A stretch of DNA of 64,000 nucleotides from Verrucomicrobiia bacterium. GTDB lineage: Bacteria > Verrucomicrobiota > Verrucomicrobiia > JADLBR01 > JAIBCM01. Positions 1-9,485 of this stretch are shown here, one piece after another (the stretch's first letter is position 1; each line of letters begins with the position of its first letter). Location of the stretch: assembly GCA_041395165.1 (NCBI GenBank), contig JAWLBA010000001.1, positions 328,068-392,067 on the forward strand, in the 5' to 3' direction. The notes beneath the pieces were generated by a model. That model was not told the origin of the DNA. It searched no databases and saw only the letters and a program-made list of their open reading frames with translations. The translations under genes and the position numbers were made by a program.

Positions 1-2051
1 CTTTCATAAAACACTGGCAATAGAATCAAACCAGTTATTACGGCAGCTAAAATTCCGAGATCCATGACCATGCCAAAATTTTGCAGGACGGGTTGACTAC
101 TTAAGAGCGGGGCAGAAAAACCGATGAGTGACGATAAGCCGGTGAGAGTGACAGGAACCGCTAAATGTAGATAGGTCATGGTAAAACTACCTTGATATTG
201 TTCTAAGGCGAGCAAAATGTGTAAACTGTAATCTATTGTTAAACCGATTAATAATGGAATAGTAAGTAAAGAAACCAAGGTCATAGAAATTTGAGTCACA
301 AACAAAAAAACTGCCAATAACAAAAGTGCGGTGACTAAAGTAAAAAGATTTAAAAAAACTAGTTTAACCTTTCGATGTGCGATAGCGCAAAGTGTTACCA
401 AAATGGCAAACATGGCTAGTGATAATCGTTTGAAATCTTGAACCGCGACATGGTTTAAATCACGTTGTAATTGGGGCCATGCGGTCGCGCTACGAATCAG
501 AGCAGAAAGTTGAGGATCGCCGGCATGCCATTGATTGAGTTGTTTAATGACTTGCCATGTTAATTCTCCCCAGGAACGATCCAGACCATTTTCTTCAAGG
601 GTGGTAAAAAAGGAGGTTTCAGTGATGGGAATCCAATGACCGCGATTTTGTTCTAAGGAAATCATAGACGAAGTTTGAGTGGGCAGAGTGGGTAATTGGG
701 AGGATAAGAGTTGTTGTCCACGATAAGCTTCTAAGTGAGTAGATTGCAATTGCGTCAGATCACTTTGATAAAAGGGATAGTGTCGCAACCATAAAAAACT
801 GATGCCGCATAGTAATAGAAACAGATAAAATGCGATACGAATGGACTGTGTATGTTGTTTTAAAATGTGAGAGCTTTTTTTGCTCGTTCGGGTTAACCAG
901 TCAGGCGCATTAAAATGTTTTTTTTCTAACCAAACACTCAAAAATTCTGTTGCGAAACCGGCAGTGGTAATTAATCCAATGGCGACCAATACTGCTAATT
1001 GTTGTAAACCAGGAAAATGAGAGGCGTAAAGCACAGCAAAAGCACCAGCCGTGGTTAGAGCGCTTAACCAAATTCCGTGTCGCAGCAATTTCCAAGAAAA
1101 AGAATCGCGAGAATGGCCTGTGGCAAAATGGTGATAAACTAAAATACAATAATCCATGCCTACCCCGAGTAAGATAGAGGCAAAACCTAGGCTGAGGACA
1201 TTCAACTCGCCAAAGATGAATCGACCGGCAATAAAACCGCATAATAACGCCAGTGCCTGTAAAAGCAGGATCCAAGCTAAAGGTTTTATGGAGCGATAAA
1301 AAACGAGAAAAGCCAGGGATACTAAAACTAAAGTGAACGTTAACATAATGATCATATCGCGTTGCATGGCTTGAGAAATTTCAGCCACAAAAGCGGGGCG
1401 GCCCGTAAGAAATGCGTGCGAGGAAAACTCGGGAAGGTTTTGTTGTAATGCAGATTTGATTTCATTACGAAATTGGCGTGCAGCGCCAAAATTTTTTAAA
1501 TTTTTTTGAGCGATGACTTTTAACAACAGAGGTCGATTTTCTTGAAATTGATATTGTTTTTCAAAAAAATCGCTTAAACGAAGAGGATCGAAACGTAGTC
1601 GGGCTAACTCACTTTCTTCCAAGCCTCCGGAGAATTGTTCTAACGTTTCGGCCAAACGCTGTGAACGATGAGAAGGTTGTAAAGCTTGGACCAGTTCGTG
1701 AAATGATGAATAGGGTAGTAAAACCGTGGCTAAAGCGAGTTGGGTGCTAATGGGAAGTGGACCTTCGAACGATTCCTCGGCCGATTTGATAGAGTGTGAT
1801 TGTTGTAAGAATTCCAGAAGGCTGGGGATTTTTTTTTCTAAGGCTTTTTTATCGATTGCGGTATCGAAAACTATCCATAACACATTGTCGGATTCCAGAC
1901 TTTCTTGAACTTCTTGCAATTGTTGCACGGAAGCCAGGTGGGGCGGAAATAGAGGAAGTAATTCCGTTTGGAACCGTAGCGTGCTGATAGCCCACGATCC
2001 CAATCCCAAAATAAGAAAAATGATGCCCCAACGAATTTTCCAAGATTTCAT
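1..2051 (-). CDS. MMPL/RND-superfamily membrane exporter; the 3' end runs off the left edge of the window
   Basis: Absent from the ORF track because there is no stop codon in the window. Hand translation of the minus strand from the ATG at 2051 gives MKSWKIRWGIIFLILGLGSW... It continues with many hydrophobic segments and the MMPL-type motif ...SILLGVGMDYCILVYHH... The track ORF 910..1275 is the wrong frame of this gene. Confidence 0.75.
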   Translation of the reverse strand, partial: MKSWKIRWGIIFLILGLGSWAISTLRFQTELLPLFPPHLASVQQLQEVQESLESDNVLWIVFDTAIDKKALEKKIPSLLEFLQQSHSIKSAEESFEGPLPISTQLALATVLLPYSSFHELVQALQPSHRSQRLAETLEQFSGGLEESELARLRFDPLRLSDFFEKQYQFQENRPLLLKVIAQKNLKNFGAARQFRNEIKSALQQNLPEFSSHAFLTGRPAFVAEISQAMQRDMIIMLTFTLVLVSLAFLVFYRSIKPLAWILLLQALALLCGFIAGRFIFGELNVLSLGFASILLGVGMDYCILVYHHFATGHSRDSFSWKLLRHGIWLSALTTAGAFAVLYASHFPGLQQLAVLVAIGLITTAGFATEFLSVWLEKKHFNAPDWLTRTSKKSSHILKQHTQSIRIAFYLFLLLCGISFLWLRHYPFYQSDLTQLQSTHLEAYRGQQLLSSQLPTLPTQTSSMISLEQNRGHWIPITETSFFTTLEENGLDRSWGELTWQVIKQLNQWHAGDPQLSALIRSATAWPQLQRDLNHVAVQDFKRLSLAMFAILVTLCAIAHRKVKLVFLNLFTLVTALLLLAVFLFVTQISMTLVSLLTIPLLIGLTIDYSLHILLALEQYQGSFTMTYLHLAVPVTLTGLSSLIGFSAPLLSSQPVLQNFGMVMDLGILAAVITGLILLPVFYE

Positions 2052-2060
2052 GAATGAAAA

Positions 2061-3341
2061 TCAAGGGTTAGTTGTCCTAGAAAAATTCAAACGAGGAACC
2101 AGTGGGAACAAACGTTGCAAACGACCTAGAAAATAAAAAATTTTCAAACGCCACCAAAAGCCAAACGAAAAATCGGTGCGACCGCCTAATACGGCCAAAA
2201 CTGCTTGAGGGATTTGCAGTCGTGAAGTGGGATGCATGAAAACCTCGAAGGCGTCTTGATCGTAGAAAGCATTAATCATGTCGATGTAAATTTCCATCAT
2301 TTGACATACTTGATGAGTGTATTTTTGTTGGGTTGCGGTCGAGAGAGCACATTTTTTGCTTTCTGCTTTTAAAAGGGTTTTTACGGCTAATTGAGCTGAT
2401 TTCAAAGCGATCATAACGCCAGAAGAAAAAATCGGATCTACAAATCCCGCGGCATCGCCGATCATCAAAGCGCGGGGCTGCGCAAGCGAGGTAAAACGAT
2501 AACTGTAATCGCTTGTGACATAAAATTCGCTCACACGTTTAGCGTGTCGAAGTCGCATGTTTAACTCTTTTTCTTTTTGAATGATTTGTTGAAAGCTTTC
2601 CTCGGGTTTTAGGCGACTTTCTTTGAAATCGTTCAAAGCTTGGATGTAGCCCACCGACGTTTTGGTTTCGGTAAGAGGAATAAACCAAAACCAACCGTTA
2701 GCGAGTCGAACAATCGTGATATGGCCTGAGGCTTTTCCTTCATTTCGGAAGACATTTTCAAAATGGGCAAAAATAGCGATGCGTTTGGAAGATTGTGTTT
2801 CTTGTTTGGGAAGTTGAAGTTGTTTTCCTAGAAAACTTTCGCGACCGGAAGCGTCAATGAGCCAACGGGCAGTAATATGATGCGAGCTTTTTTCATCGTT
2901 GTAGTCCAGATCGACTTGATCATTGTGACATTGCACGTGGGTTGCTTGGGCTTTTTGTTGGATTTCGCATCCAAAACTTTGCGCATGTTCCAAAAGAATT
3001 TTATCAAACTGGCTTCGATCGACTTGAAAAGTTTTAGAATAACGCTCACCTAAACTGTTGCCGAACCAAAATTGTTGAAATTTGGAGCTGTTTCCTAAGC
3101 AAAATTCTGCGCCCCATTTGGGCATAAAACCTGCTTTTTCAATTTTTTCCCACACTCCTAATTCTTTTAAAATATCGTTACCGTAAGGAATTAAAGATTC
3201 GCCGACATGAAATCGTGGAAATGTTTCTTTTTCTAAAATCAGAACTTTTTTGCCGGCTTGGGAAAGCAAGGTTCCAGCGCAACTGCCGCCCGGGCCACCA
3301 CCGATGATTACGACATCATAATGATTGGAAGCATGAGTCAT
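2061..3341 (-). CDS. FAD-dependent oxidoreductase of the flavin-dependent halogenase / geranylgeranyl-reductase type
   Basis: N-terminal dinucleotide-binding motif VVIIGGGPGGS. It also has GWFWFIPL, which matches the WxWxIP signature of flavin halogenases, and a DAAGFVDPIFSSG motif. Confidence 0.7.
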   Translation of the reverse strand: MTHASNHYDVVIIGGGPGGSCAGTLLSQAGKKVLILEKETFPRFHVGESLIPYGNDILKELGVWEKIEKAGFMPKWGAEFCLGNSSKFQQFWFGNSLGERYSKTFQVDRSQFDKILLEHAQSFGCEIQQKAQATHVQCHNDQVDLDYNDEKSSHHITARWLIDASGRESFLGKQLQLPKQETQSSKRIAIFAHFENVFRNEGKASGHITIVRLANGWFWFIPLTETKTSVGYIQALNDFKESRLKPEESFQQIIQKEKELNMRLRHAKRVSEFYVTSDYSYRFTSLAQPRALMIGDAAGFVDPIFSSGVMIALKSAQLAVKTLLKAESKKCALSTATQQKYTHQVCQMMEIYIDMINAFYDQDAFEVFMHPTSRLQIPQAVLAVLGGRTDFSFGFWWRLKIFYFLGRLQRLFPLVPRLNFSRTTNP

Positions 3342-3345
3342 ATCT

Positions 3346-3615
3346 TTAAACTTGTCGTCTTAACCAGTCGCGCAAAGTGCCAAGGGTTTGAAAAATTTCA
3401 CGCGCAAGATTGGGATCTTGTATGGATATGCCATATTTTTTTTCAAGTGCTACGGTTAATTGCAAAGCGTCAATGGAATCGAGTCCAAGACTTTCTGGGC
3501 CAAACAAAGGTGTTTCCTCTTGGACCGTGGCAAGATCGTTTTTTAGCATGCAATTTTCTGCCAAAAGCTGTTTTAATTCATCGAGACTGACTTGAAGCAT
3601 TTTCCAATCTATCAC
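3346..3615 (-). CDS. acyl carrier protein
   Basis: The 89-aa ORF carries GLDSIDALQL, the DS(L/I)D phosphopantetheine attachment motif. It lies directly downstream of the KS genes. The true start may be the internal Met MLQVSL. Confidence 0.75.
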   Translation of the reverse strand: MIDWKMLQVSLDELKQLLAENCMLKNDLATVQEETPLFGPESLGLDSIDALQLTVALEKKYGISIQDPNLAREIFQTLGTLRDWLRRQV

Positions 3616-4636
3616 AACTCAGAGCAAATTCCAAAGCCGAAATCTGTTGATTTAATCCCCAGATAGGCTGAAAAAGTGAAGGGGTTTTGGGGGTGAGATG
3701 GGTGATGGCTCGTAAACTATGCCAGGCTGCGGAAGCGGTAAATCCTTCTCCGCAATAGGCATGAGATGGAGTTAAGATTTGTGAGCTTTTGCAGGAAGCC
3801 GTTTCGATAGAATGAAACCAGTTGCGTTGTGCGCTGGTTAAAATTTTGTGATGTGGCCAACATTTTTCTAAAAGAGCTTGAGCTTGTTGCTTGGCTTGCT
3901 GGCGATTTCGGTAGGGATAACCTTCATGAATTTGGGTGATGCAAATTTTATCAGAAACAGAAGCCCGTTTTAATAACAGTGCCCCGGCGCCTTCTGCAGG
4001 AACCCATCCTTTTTTAAACCAGCCTGCTAAATGATAAGCTTCACAAGCGATGGGATCCAGTTCTTCAGCGCCTAAGACGAGAACTTTCTCCATTTTTTCT
4101 TTATCATAGGATTGGAGCCAAGTTTTTGCGATCTGTATAGCGGTGGCCCAGGCTGTATGATCGCCAACAATGGAATAGCAAGCGCCTTTTACCCCGAGCA
4201 CAGCGGCTACATGACTTAAGGGCGAATTAAACACCGTTTCAGGAAAAAGTGCTGGACTGGCAAAACGTTGGCCTTGTTCTAAAATTCCTTGAAAAAATCG
4301 GCGACTATAATAAATACAACCTGTGTTCAAAGCAGCCACCAAACCTATTTTTTTGCGAGAGATATCGTTTTCATGAGAAAGTGCTTGATGAGCGGCTTCC
4401 ATCATAAAAAAAGATAAAGGACTTGCGCGTCGCAAACGCGGCTCTTGTTGCCATGGTTTCCAATGTTCTTCTTTCAAATTGACTGAGTAAACCGGAAATG
4501 TTTTGTCAGGGTTGGTAAGAGAAACTATTTTTTGCAAAGGCCAAGGATCCGATTGAAGAAGTGAAGACACACCTAGACCATTCGGGGTAACTGCGCCTTG
4601 GCCACAAACGGCTAGAGAAAAAGAGTTAGTTAACAT
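3578..4636 (-). CDS. beta-ketoacyl-synthase-like protein lacking an obvious Cys-His-His triad (chain-length-factor-like partner)
   Basis: It has a thiolase-fold-like sequence, but I could not find the ACxSG or HGTGT motifs. The likely start MLTNSF at 4636 overlaps the stop of the upstream KS by 11 nt (ATGTTAACTAA), as in coupled KS/CLF pairs. Confidence 0.55.
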   Translation of the reverse strand: MLTNSFSLAVCGQGAVTPNGLGVSSLLQSDPWPLQKIVSLTNPDKTFPVYSVNLKEEHWKPWQQEPRLRRASPLSFFMMEAAHQALSHENDISRKKIGLVAALNTGCIYYSRRFFQGILEQGQRFASPALFPETVFNSPLSHVAAVLGVKGACYSIVGDHTAWATAIQIAKTWLQSYDKEKMEKVLVLGAEELDPIACEAYHLAGWFKKGWVPAEGAGALLLKRASVSDKICITQIHEGYPYRNRQQAKQQAQALLEKCWPHHKILTSAQRNWFHSIETASCKSSQILTPSHAYCGEGFTASAAWHSLRAITHLTPKTPSLFQPIWGLNQQISALEFALSCDRLENASSQSR

Positions 4637-5828
4637 AACTTCGAAAAATGAGTGCAGCATTCGAGCCGCCAAATCCTAAATTAACGCTCATGGTAGTATG
4701 AACGGTTTGTGAGCAGCGAGAAGATGTTGCTAAACTCGAGGCAATTTCTGGAATGGGATTTTTTAAATTAATTTGGGTCGGAAGCTGTTGATGCATTAAA
4801 GTTTTTGTAGCAAAAATAGCTTCTATGGCGCCCGCAGCACCTAAGGTGTGACCGATTTGAGCTTTGGTAGAGCTGATTTTTGTTTGAGCCAATGTTTGAC
4901 CGAAAAAATTTGTGAAAGAAGCGGTTTCTGCAGCGTCATTTAAAGGTGTGCCTGTGCCATGAGCATTGATGTAATGAATTTCTTGTGGATTAATTTTGGC
5001 AGATTCACAAGCGCTTTGCATGGCTTGAACCAGAGCATGTCCTTGAGGCGCGGGCTGGGTTAGGTGATGAACGTCAGTGCTGTGACCGTAACCGATTATT
5101 TCTGCTAAAATTTTAGCGCCTCTTTTTTGTGCATAAGCTTCGGATTCCAAAACTAAAAAGGCTGCGGCTTCTCCCAGGATGAGGCCGGAACGATTTTTGT
5201 CGAATGGACGACAGGCTTCGGTTGAGGCGGCCTGTAAACAATCAAAACCCACAAAAATTAGTTCTGTTAACGCCTCGGCACCGCCAGTTAAAACATAGTC
5301 TGTTTGACCGGTTTGAATCATGTCATAAGCATGGCCTATGGCATTGGCGCCACTGGCACAAGCATTGGCTACGATCATGGAAGGACCCGAGACACGAAGT
5401 TGTTCCTGAAGATCGAGTAATTGTTGTTGAGGTTGGTAGCGAGCCACTAGCCCTAAAAGATTTCCTTTTTTATGGGTTAAAACTTTTTTCAGAAAAGTTT
5501 CTCCAAGCGTCATCCCACCACCTGTGGTGCTTAAGCTAATAGGCAAAAATGAGACAGAAGAAAGACCGGCTTGTGCGAGAGCTTCTTGCGCGGCTGGAAT
5601 GGTTAAGCGAGAGGCGCGAGAAAGTCGGGACATTGTTTTGCTGTTAACCGGGAGCGAGGGGAGTTGAGCTTCGCAAGCGCTTTGGCAACGACATTGTGAA
5701 ACGTCAAAAAGCGTAACGGGTCGCTGTGAGCTTTTCCCATGAATTAACTCTGTCCAAGTGGTGGATAAATCGTTTCCTAACGGGGTAACTGCTCCCATGC
5801 CAGTGATTACAACTTTTATTTTGGACAT
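4626..5828 (-). CDS. beta-ketoacyl-ACP synthase II-like (FabF family)
   Basis: The active-site motifs are present: ANACASGANAIG, NAHGTGTPLND and GHTLGAAG. Confidence 0.85.
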   Translation of the reverse strand: MSKIKVVITGMGAVTPLGNDLSTTWTELIHGKSSQRPVTLFDVSQCRCQSACEAQLPSLPVNSKTMSRLSRASRLTIPAAQEALAQAGLSSVSFLPISLSTTGGGMTLGETFLKKVLTHKKGNLLGLVARYQPQQQLLDLQEQLRVSGPSMIVANACASGANAIGHAYDMIQTGQTDYVLTGGAEALTELIFVGFDCLQAASTEACRPFDKNRSGLILGEAAAFLVLESEAYAQKRGAKILAEIIGYGHSTDVHHLTQPAPQGHALVQAMQSACESAKINPQEIHYINAHGTGTPLNDAAETASFTNFFGQTLAQTKISSTKAQIGHTLGAAGAIEAIFATKTLMHQQLPTQINLKNPIPEIASSLATSSRCSQTVHTTMSVNLGFGGSNAALIFRSYVN

Positions 5829-5833
5829 AGCAT

Positions 5834-6610
5834 TTATTGGAACGGACTCAAGTAAACAGGTCGAGCTTGAACTTTGCCACCTCGAAAATAAAAAGTTTTT
5901 TCAAAATTAAATTGATGCACATCAGGATGGTAAGAAAGTGTTAAGGGTCGCTGCGGTGTGTTAGGATCGTAAACTAAGTAATCATATTGGGTTTGTTGGG
6001 TTGTGACATGGAAAACAACAACGGCGTGATTGATGCTTAGAGAAGGAAAATTAATCAGCCAAACGATTACAGGTTGATTTTTCTGTAATGAGGTTTGAAG
6101 GAAGTTGTGGAGTTTAGCTTGTTGAAAATGGCTTGGGGGCAAAACAATGGGAAAATTTCCTGGTCGAAAATAAGTGGGCCAACCCAGGCCAATATTCTGT
6201 TGAAAGATGACGGGTTCTTTTTGGCTGGCTTCGTTTAAATTGGCATAGCCTGGGATTTCAATTTTTTCTGAAATGGGGAAGGCCGATTTCCAAACGGGAG
6301 TGCGCGTAATTTGGCGAATGCGTTCGACTAATTTATCTTGAGTGAGCTTGGGTTTTTGTGGTGTAAATTTTGCAAATTTCCAGAATTGTAATGCTGCGCG
6401 CGCCACAACAAAACAACGTCGTGTATAATGTTTTTCATTTTTCTTTCTAAGCGATGGTTTTCCTGATTCGTAGTTCCAAACCGTTTCGTTTGCGAATGCG
6501 AAGTGATCTTTTTCAAAATCAAAGGGGTTCGACATTTTTTCTGTTTGAGCAAGATGCGAACAGCCGAAAAACGTTAAACTAAGGAGCAAGAGCGTAAGGC
6601 GAGTAAACAT
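5834..6610 (-). CDS. predicted lipoprotein, function unknown
   Basis: Signal peptide with a lipobox, MFTRLTLLLLSLTFFGC. A Cys...His...Asp spacing (RRCFVV, INHAVVVF, YDPN) hints at a papain- or transglutaminase-like fold, but this is speculative. Confidence 0.45.
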   Translation of the reverse strand: MFTRLTLLLLSLTFFGCSHLAQTEKMSNPFDFEKDHFAFANETVWNYESGKPSLRKKNEKHYTRRCFVVARAALQFWKFAKFTPQKPKLTQDKLVERIRQITRTPVWKSAFPISEKIEIPGYANLNEASQKEPVIFQQNIGLGWPTYFRPGNFPIVLPPSHFQQAKLHNFLQTSLQKNQPVIVWLINFPSLSINHAVVVFHVTTQQTQYDYLVYDPNTPQRPLTLSYHPDVHQFNFEKTFYFRGGKVQARPVYLSPFQ

Positions 6611-7290
6611 TCGGTGTCTAAATCATTACGGATTTTACGAGGATGAAAAATAAATTCGTGCAATCCATCGCCGAGACTAACAATGGTTTGACGAATTTCA
6701 TCAGGATTCATGCAAAAAGTGCGATCCACACCCCACAAAGTATTGGTCATACGAAAAGAATGAAATTTTTTATAGAGTCGAAAAAAATGGTTCATTAGGA
6801 TTGTGGGGAGATTCGTTTTATTTTTAAAGGTTTGAGTTTTTCCCAGACGAATCCAGCCTTGAAATTGATAGGATATCGTTTGCAGCAAGGTGTAATAAAC
6901 GTAGGGATGGGCATGAATGTGATGATGAGCATTGATAAAAGCACAGGGCAGATCAGTTGCTTGAAAAGCTTGCCATTGCTGTTGGATTTCGCGACGAGCC
7001 AGTTCGCGAGCTTGTGAAGAAAAGCCGATGGCAAATCCTGCTTGGGTTGGTGATTGGTCCCATGGCCAACGTTGCATGGTTAAGGGTTGAGAGTCGTTAA
7101 GATGAAGATGAAGGCCGATTTGTAGTGAAGGGGTTTTGCGAGCGAGAGTGATGGCTTCTTCTGTTGCGGGTTGGCCCATCATGAGGGCGGCTCCGTGAAG
7201 TTTACCATGGTGATGAGCATGGATAATGGCAGCGTTGACTTCAGAAGTTAATCCAAAATCGTCCGCTGTAAAAAAGATTTCTCTCGCCAT
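6574..7290 (-). CDS. YdjC/ChbG-family carbohydrate deacetylase (HpnK-like)
   Basis: The N-terminus FFTADDFGLTSEVNAAIIHAHHHG... is typical of the YdjC family. Confidence 0.7.
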   Translation of the reverse strand: MAREIFFTADDFGLTSEVNAAIIHAHHHGKLHGAALMMGQPATEEAITLARKTPSLQIGLHLHLNDSQPLTMQRWPWDQSPTQAGFAIGFSSQARELARREIQQQWQAFQATDLPCAFINAHHHIHAHPYVYYTLLQTISYQFQGWIRLGKTQTFKNKTNLPTILMNHFFRLYKKFHSFRMTNTLWGVDRTFCMNPDEIRQTIVSLGDGLHEFIFHPRKIRNDLDTECLLALRSCSLV

Positions 7291-7318
7291 AAAGGTAATC
7301 TAAGATGCCAAATCATTT

Positions 7319-8350
7319 ATGGCAGAGCAAGTTCTCGTAACCGGTGGCACAGGCTTTATTGGTCGGCATTTAGTGCGTCGATTGATAGAGAAGGGTTTTG
7401 CGGTGCGTATTTTTGTGCGTTCTTCTCAAAAGGCGGCTTCTCTTTTTGATGGGGAGGTTGATGTGGTGGAGGGTAATTTGGAGTCGGGCGTGGGGATGGA
7501 TCGAGCTTGTAAAGATGTGGCTACGATTTTTCATGTGGGTGGTATTTATCGATTTGGGTTGGGAGGTCGCAAAGAAGTTTTAGCCGTGAATGTGGGGGGA
7601 ACGGAGCATGTGATGGGTGCGGCTTGGCGAGCGCGTGTGAATCAAGTGGTTTATTTAAGTTCGGCAAGTATTTTAAGTGGCCCTGCACGCGCGTTAACGG
7701 AAAAAGATTATCCTTATCAAGTTTCGAAATGGTCAGTGTATAAATTTTCAAAATGGCAAGCGGAACAAATGGCGCTGACATGGGCGAAGCGCGGGCTTCC
7801 GGTGACCATTGCTAGCTCGACTTCTTTGTTAGGTGCTGAAGATGAAAGGCCGACGCCGACGGGTCAAATCATTCGCGATTTTTTGTTGCGTCGTTTTCCT
7901 TGTTCCTGTCGTGTGGGGCTGAATTTTTTGGATGTTGAAGATTTAGCAGATGGCATGATTGCAGTTGGTAAGAAGGGTAGAAGCGGCGAACGCTATGTTT
8001 TGGCAGGGGAAAATTTGTGGTTGCAAGAGTTTTTGGAGTTGTTGGCGAAAATGACGGGCTTAGCAGCGCCAAGATGGGTTTTGCCGTGGAGTTTGATTAT
8101 GTTGGGAGGTGTCGTGGGAGAGGCAGCAGGTTTAGTTACGAAAAAGGGTTTGCGACTGAATTTGGAAACGGCGTGGCAGGCAAAAAACATTCAATTTTTT
8201 AAAACGCGAAAAGCGTATGATGAGTTGGGATGGAAACCTCAAATAACTATAGAAGAAAGTGTCAAAAGAACGGTTGCTTGGTTTCAACAACGTTTAGCGG
8301 AAGAATTTTCAAGTCCGAGCAACTGGGTGGTGGATCGTCATGCTAGTTGA
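7319..8350 (+). CDS. NAD-dependent epimerase/dehydratase (SDR; HpnA / dihydroflavonol-reductase-like)
   Basis: Rossmann motif VTGGTGFIGRHL and an extended-SDR YxxxK motif (YKFSKW). Confidence 0.75.
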   Translation: MAEQVLVTGGTGFIGRHLVRRLIEKGFAVRIFVRSSQKAASLFDGEVDVVEGNLESGVGMDRACKDVATIFHVGGIYRFGLGGRKEVLAVNVGGTEHVMGAAWRARVNQVVYLSSASILSGPARALTEKDYPYQVSKWSVYKFSKWQAEQMALTWAKRGLPVTIASSTSLLGAEDERPTPTGQIIRDFLLRRFPCSCRVGLNFLDVEDLADGMIAVGKKGRSGERYVLAGENLWLQEFLELLAKMTGLAAPRWVLPWSLIMLGGVVGEAAGLVTKKGLRLNLETAWQAKNIQFFKTRKAYDELGWKPQITIEESVKRTVAWFQQRLAEEFSSPSNWVVDRHAS

Positions 8351-9485
8351 GGGATGGTTTTGGGGGTGGACTTTGCTGGCATTTGTCTGGTGGTGTATGG
8401 CACTTGGGCTCGTGAAACGAAAAAAAATGGAATTACCCGAAAGTGGTAAAGGTAAAAAGATTGCGTTTTTAACCATTTTTAAACCTGTGCCTTTGACTTC
8501 TGATTGTCAAAATATAGCCAGAATTGAAAAAGCGTTAGAATCTTTTTTATCTCAATTGGATGAAGGATGCGAGGTGTTGCTTGGGTTTTGGGAAGGTGAA
8601 CGCAAATTGTGGCAACCTATTTTGGATAAGTGGACATTAAGTTTTTCTCATGTCTGGAAACAAGTTAAAATCGTTTGGCGAACGGAACCGGATCGATTTC
8701 CTAATCCTAAAATTTCGTGGCAACGGATTTTGTCCCGTTATGCTCAAGGAGAATGGTGGTTATGGAGTGATGTGGATATTGTCGCGCCACCAGGTTTTAT
8801 ACGAAGAGCGCGAGAAGAATTTGCTCAAGGGAATGGGCGGCTTTTAACGCATGCTTATGTGATTAGACATTTTGATTCGGTTCCGGCGATGTTGGAAACG
8901 CTTTTTGTGAATGTGGAACTTTTTCCTGGCATTATGGCGTTGACGCAAAAAAAAAGGAAGGATTTGGGTTTTGGCGCGAGTTTGCTTTTTCATGCTGATG
9001 AGGTAAAAAATTCTATTTTTTGGGAAACGCTAGGATGTTCCTTGGCGGACGATTTTGTGTTGGGGAAAAGGTTGGGAAATTCACAAGTTGGTGAAGATAT
9101 TTTGGAAACTACCGCAGAGGAAAAGGGGTGGGGAAAGGCGCTTTTACACTATTTGCGTTGGCAAAAGACGATTCGATGGTGTCAGCCCGTGGGTTTTGCG
9201 GCACAAGTTATTCTTTTTCCATTGTTGGGTTGGTTTCTTTTTTTGGGTTTGGATCATAGGTGGGGGGTGGGGTTATTGGGGATATTAATAACATTGCTGA
9301 TGGAGCTTATTTTTGCCAAAACGTTATGTAGGAAAGTAAATTGTATTATGCTATGGCGCCATTCTTGGGGTATAGTAGCGTGGAGTTTGATTCGAGTTAT
9401 GGGTTGGCTGATTTGTTGGTTGCCCTGGCCGGTCAAATGGGGCCGAAAAAAATGGTGGAAAGATAAAATGACACACGCTGTATGA
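8340..9485 (+). CDS. integral-membrane glycosyltransferase (GT2/GT21, ceramide-glucosyltransferase / HpnI-like)
   Basis: One N-terminal and several C-terminal TM segments. It has a DxD-like motif WSDVDIV and an (R/Q)xxRW-like motif LRWQKTIRW. Its start overlaps the epimerase stop. Confidence 0.6.
   Translation: MLVEGWFWGWTLLAFVWWCMALGLVKRKKMELPESGKGKKIAFLTIFKPVPLTSDCQNIARIEKALESFLSQLDEGCEVLLGFWEGERKLWQPILDKWTLSFSHVWKQVKIVWRTEPDRFPNPKISWQRILSRYAQGEWWLWSDVDIVAPPGFIRRAREEFAQGNGRLLTHAYVIRHFDSVPAMLETLFVNVELFPGIMALTQKKRKDLGFGASLLFHADEVKNSIFWETLGCSLADDFVLGKRLGNSQVGEDILETTAEEKGWGKALLHYLRWQKTIRWCQPVGFAAQVILFPLLGWFLFLGLDHRWGVGLLGILITLLMELIFAKTLCRKVNCIMLWRHSWGIVAWSLIRVMGWLICWLPWPVKWGRKKWWKDKMTHAV

Noticed and set aside
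910-1275. A 121-aa minus-strand ORF from the track.
   Set aside because: It is the wrong reading frame inside the MMPL exporter gene. The adjacent frame gives continuous membrane-protein sequence with the GVGMDY motif.
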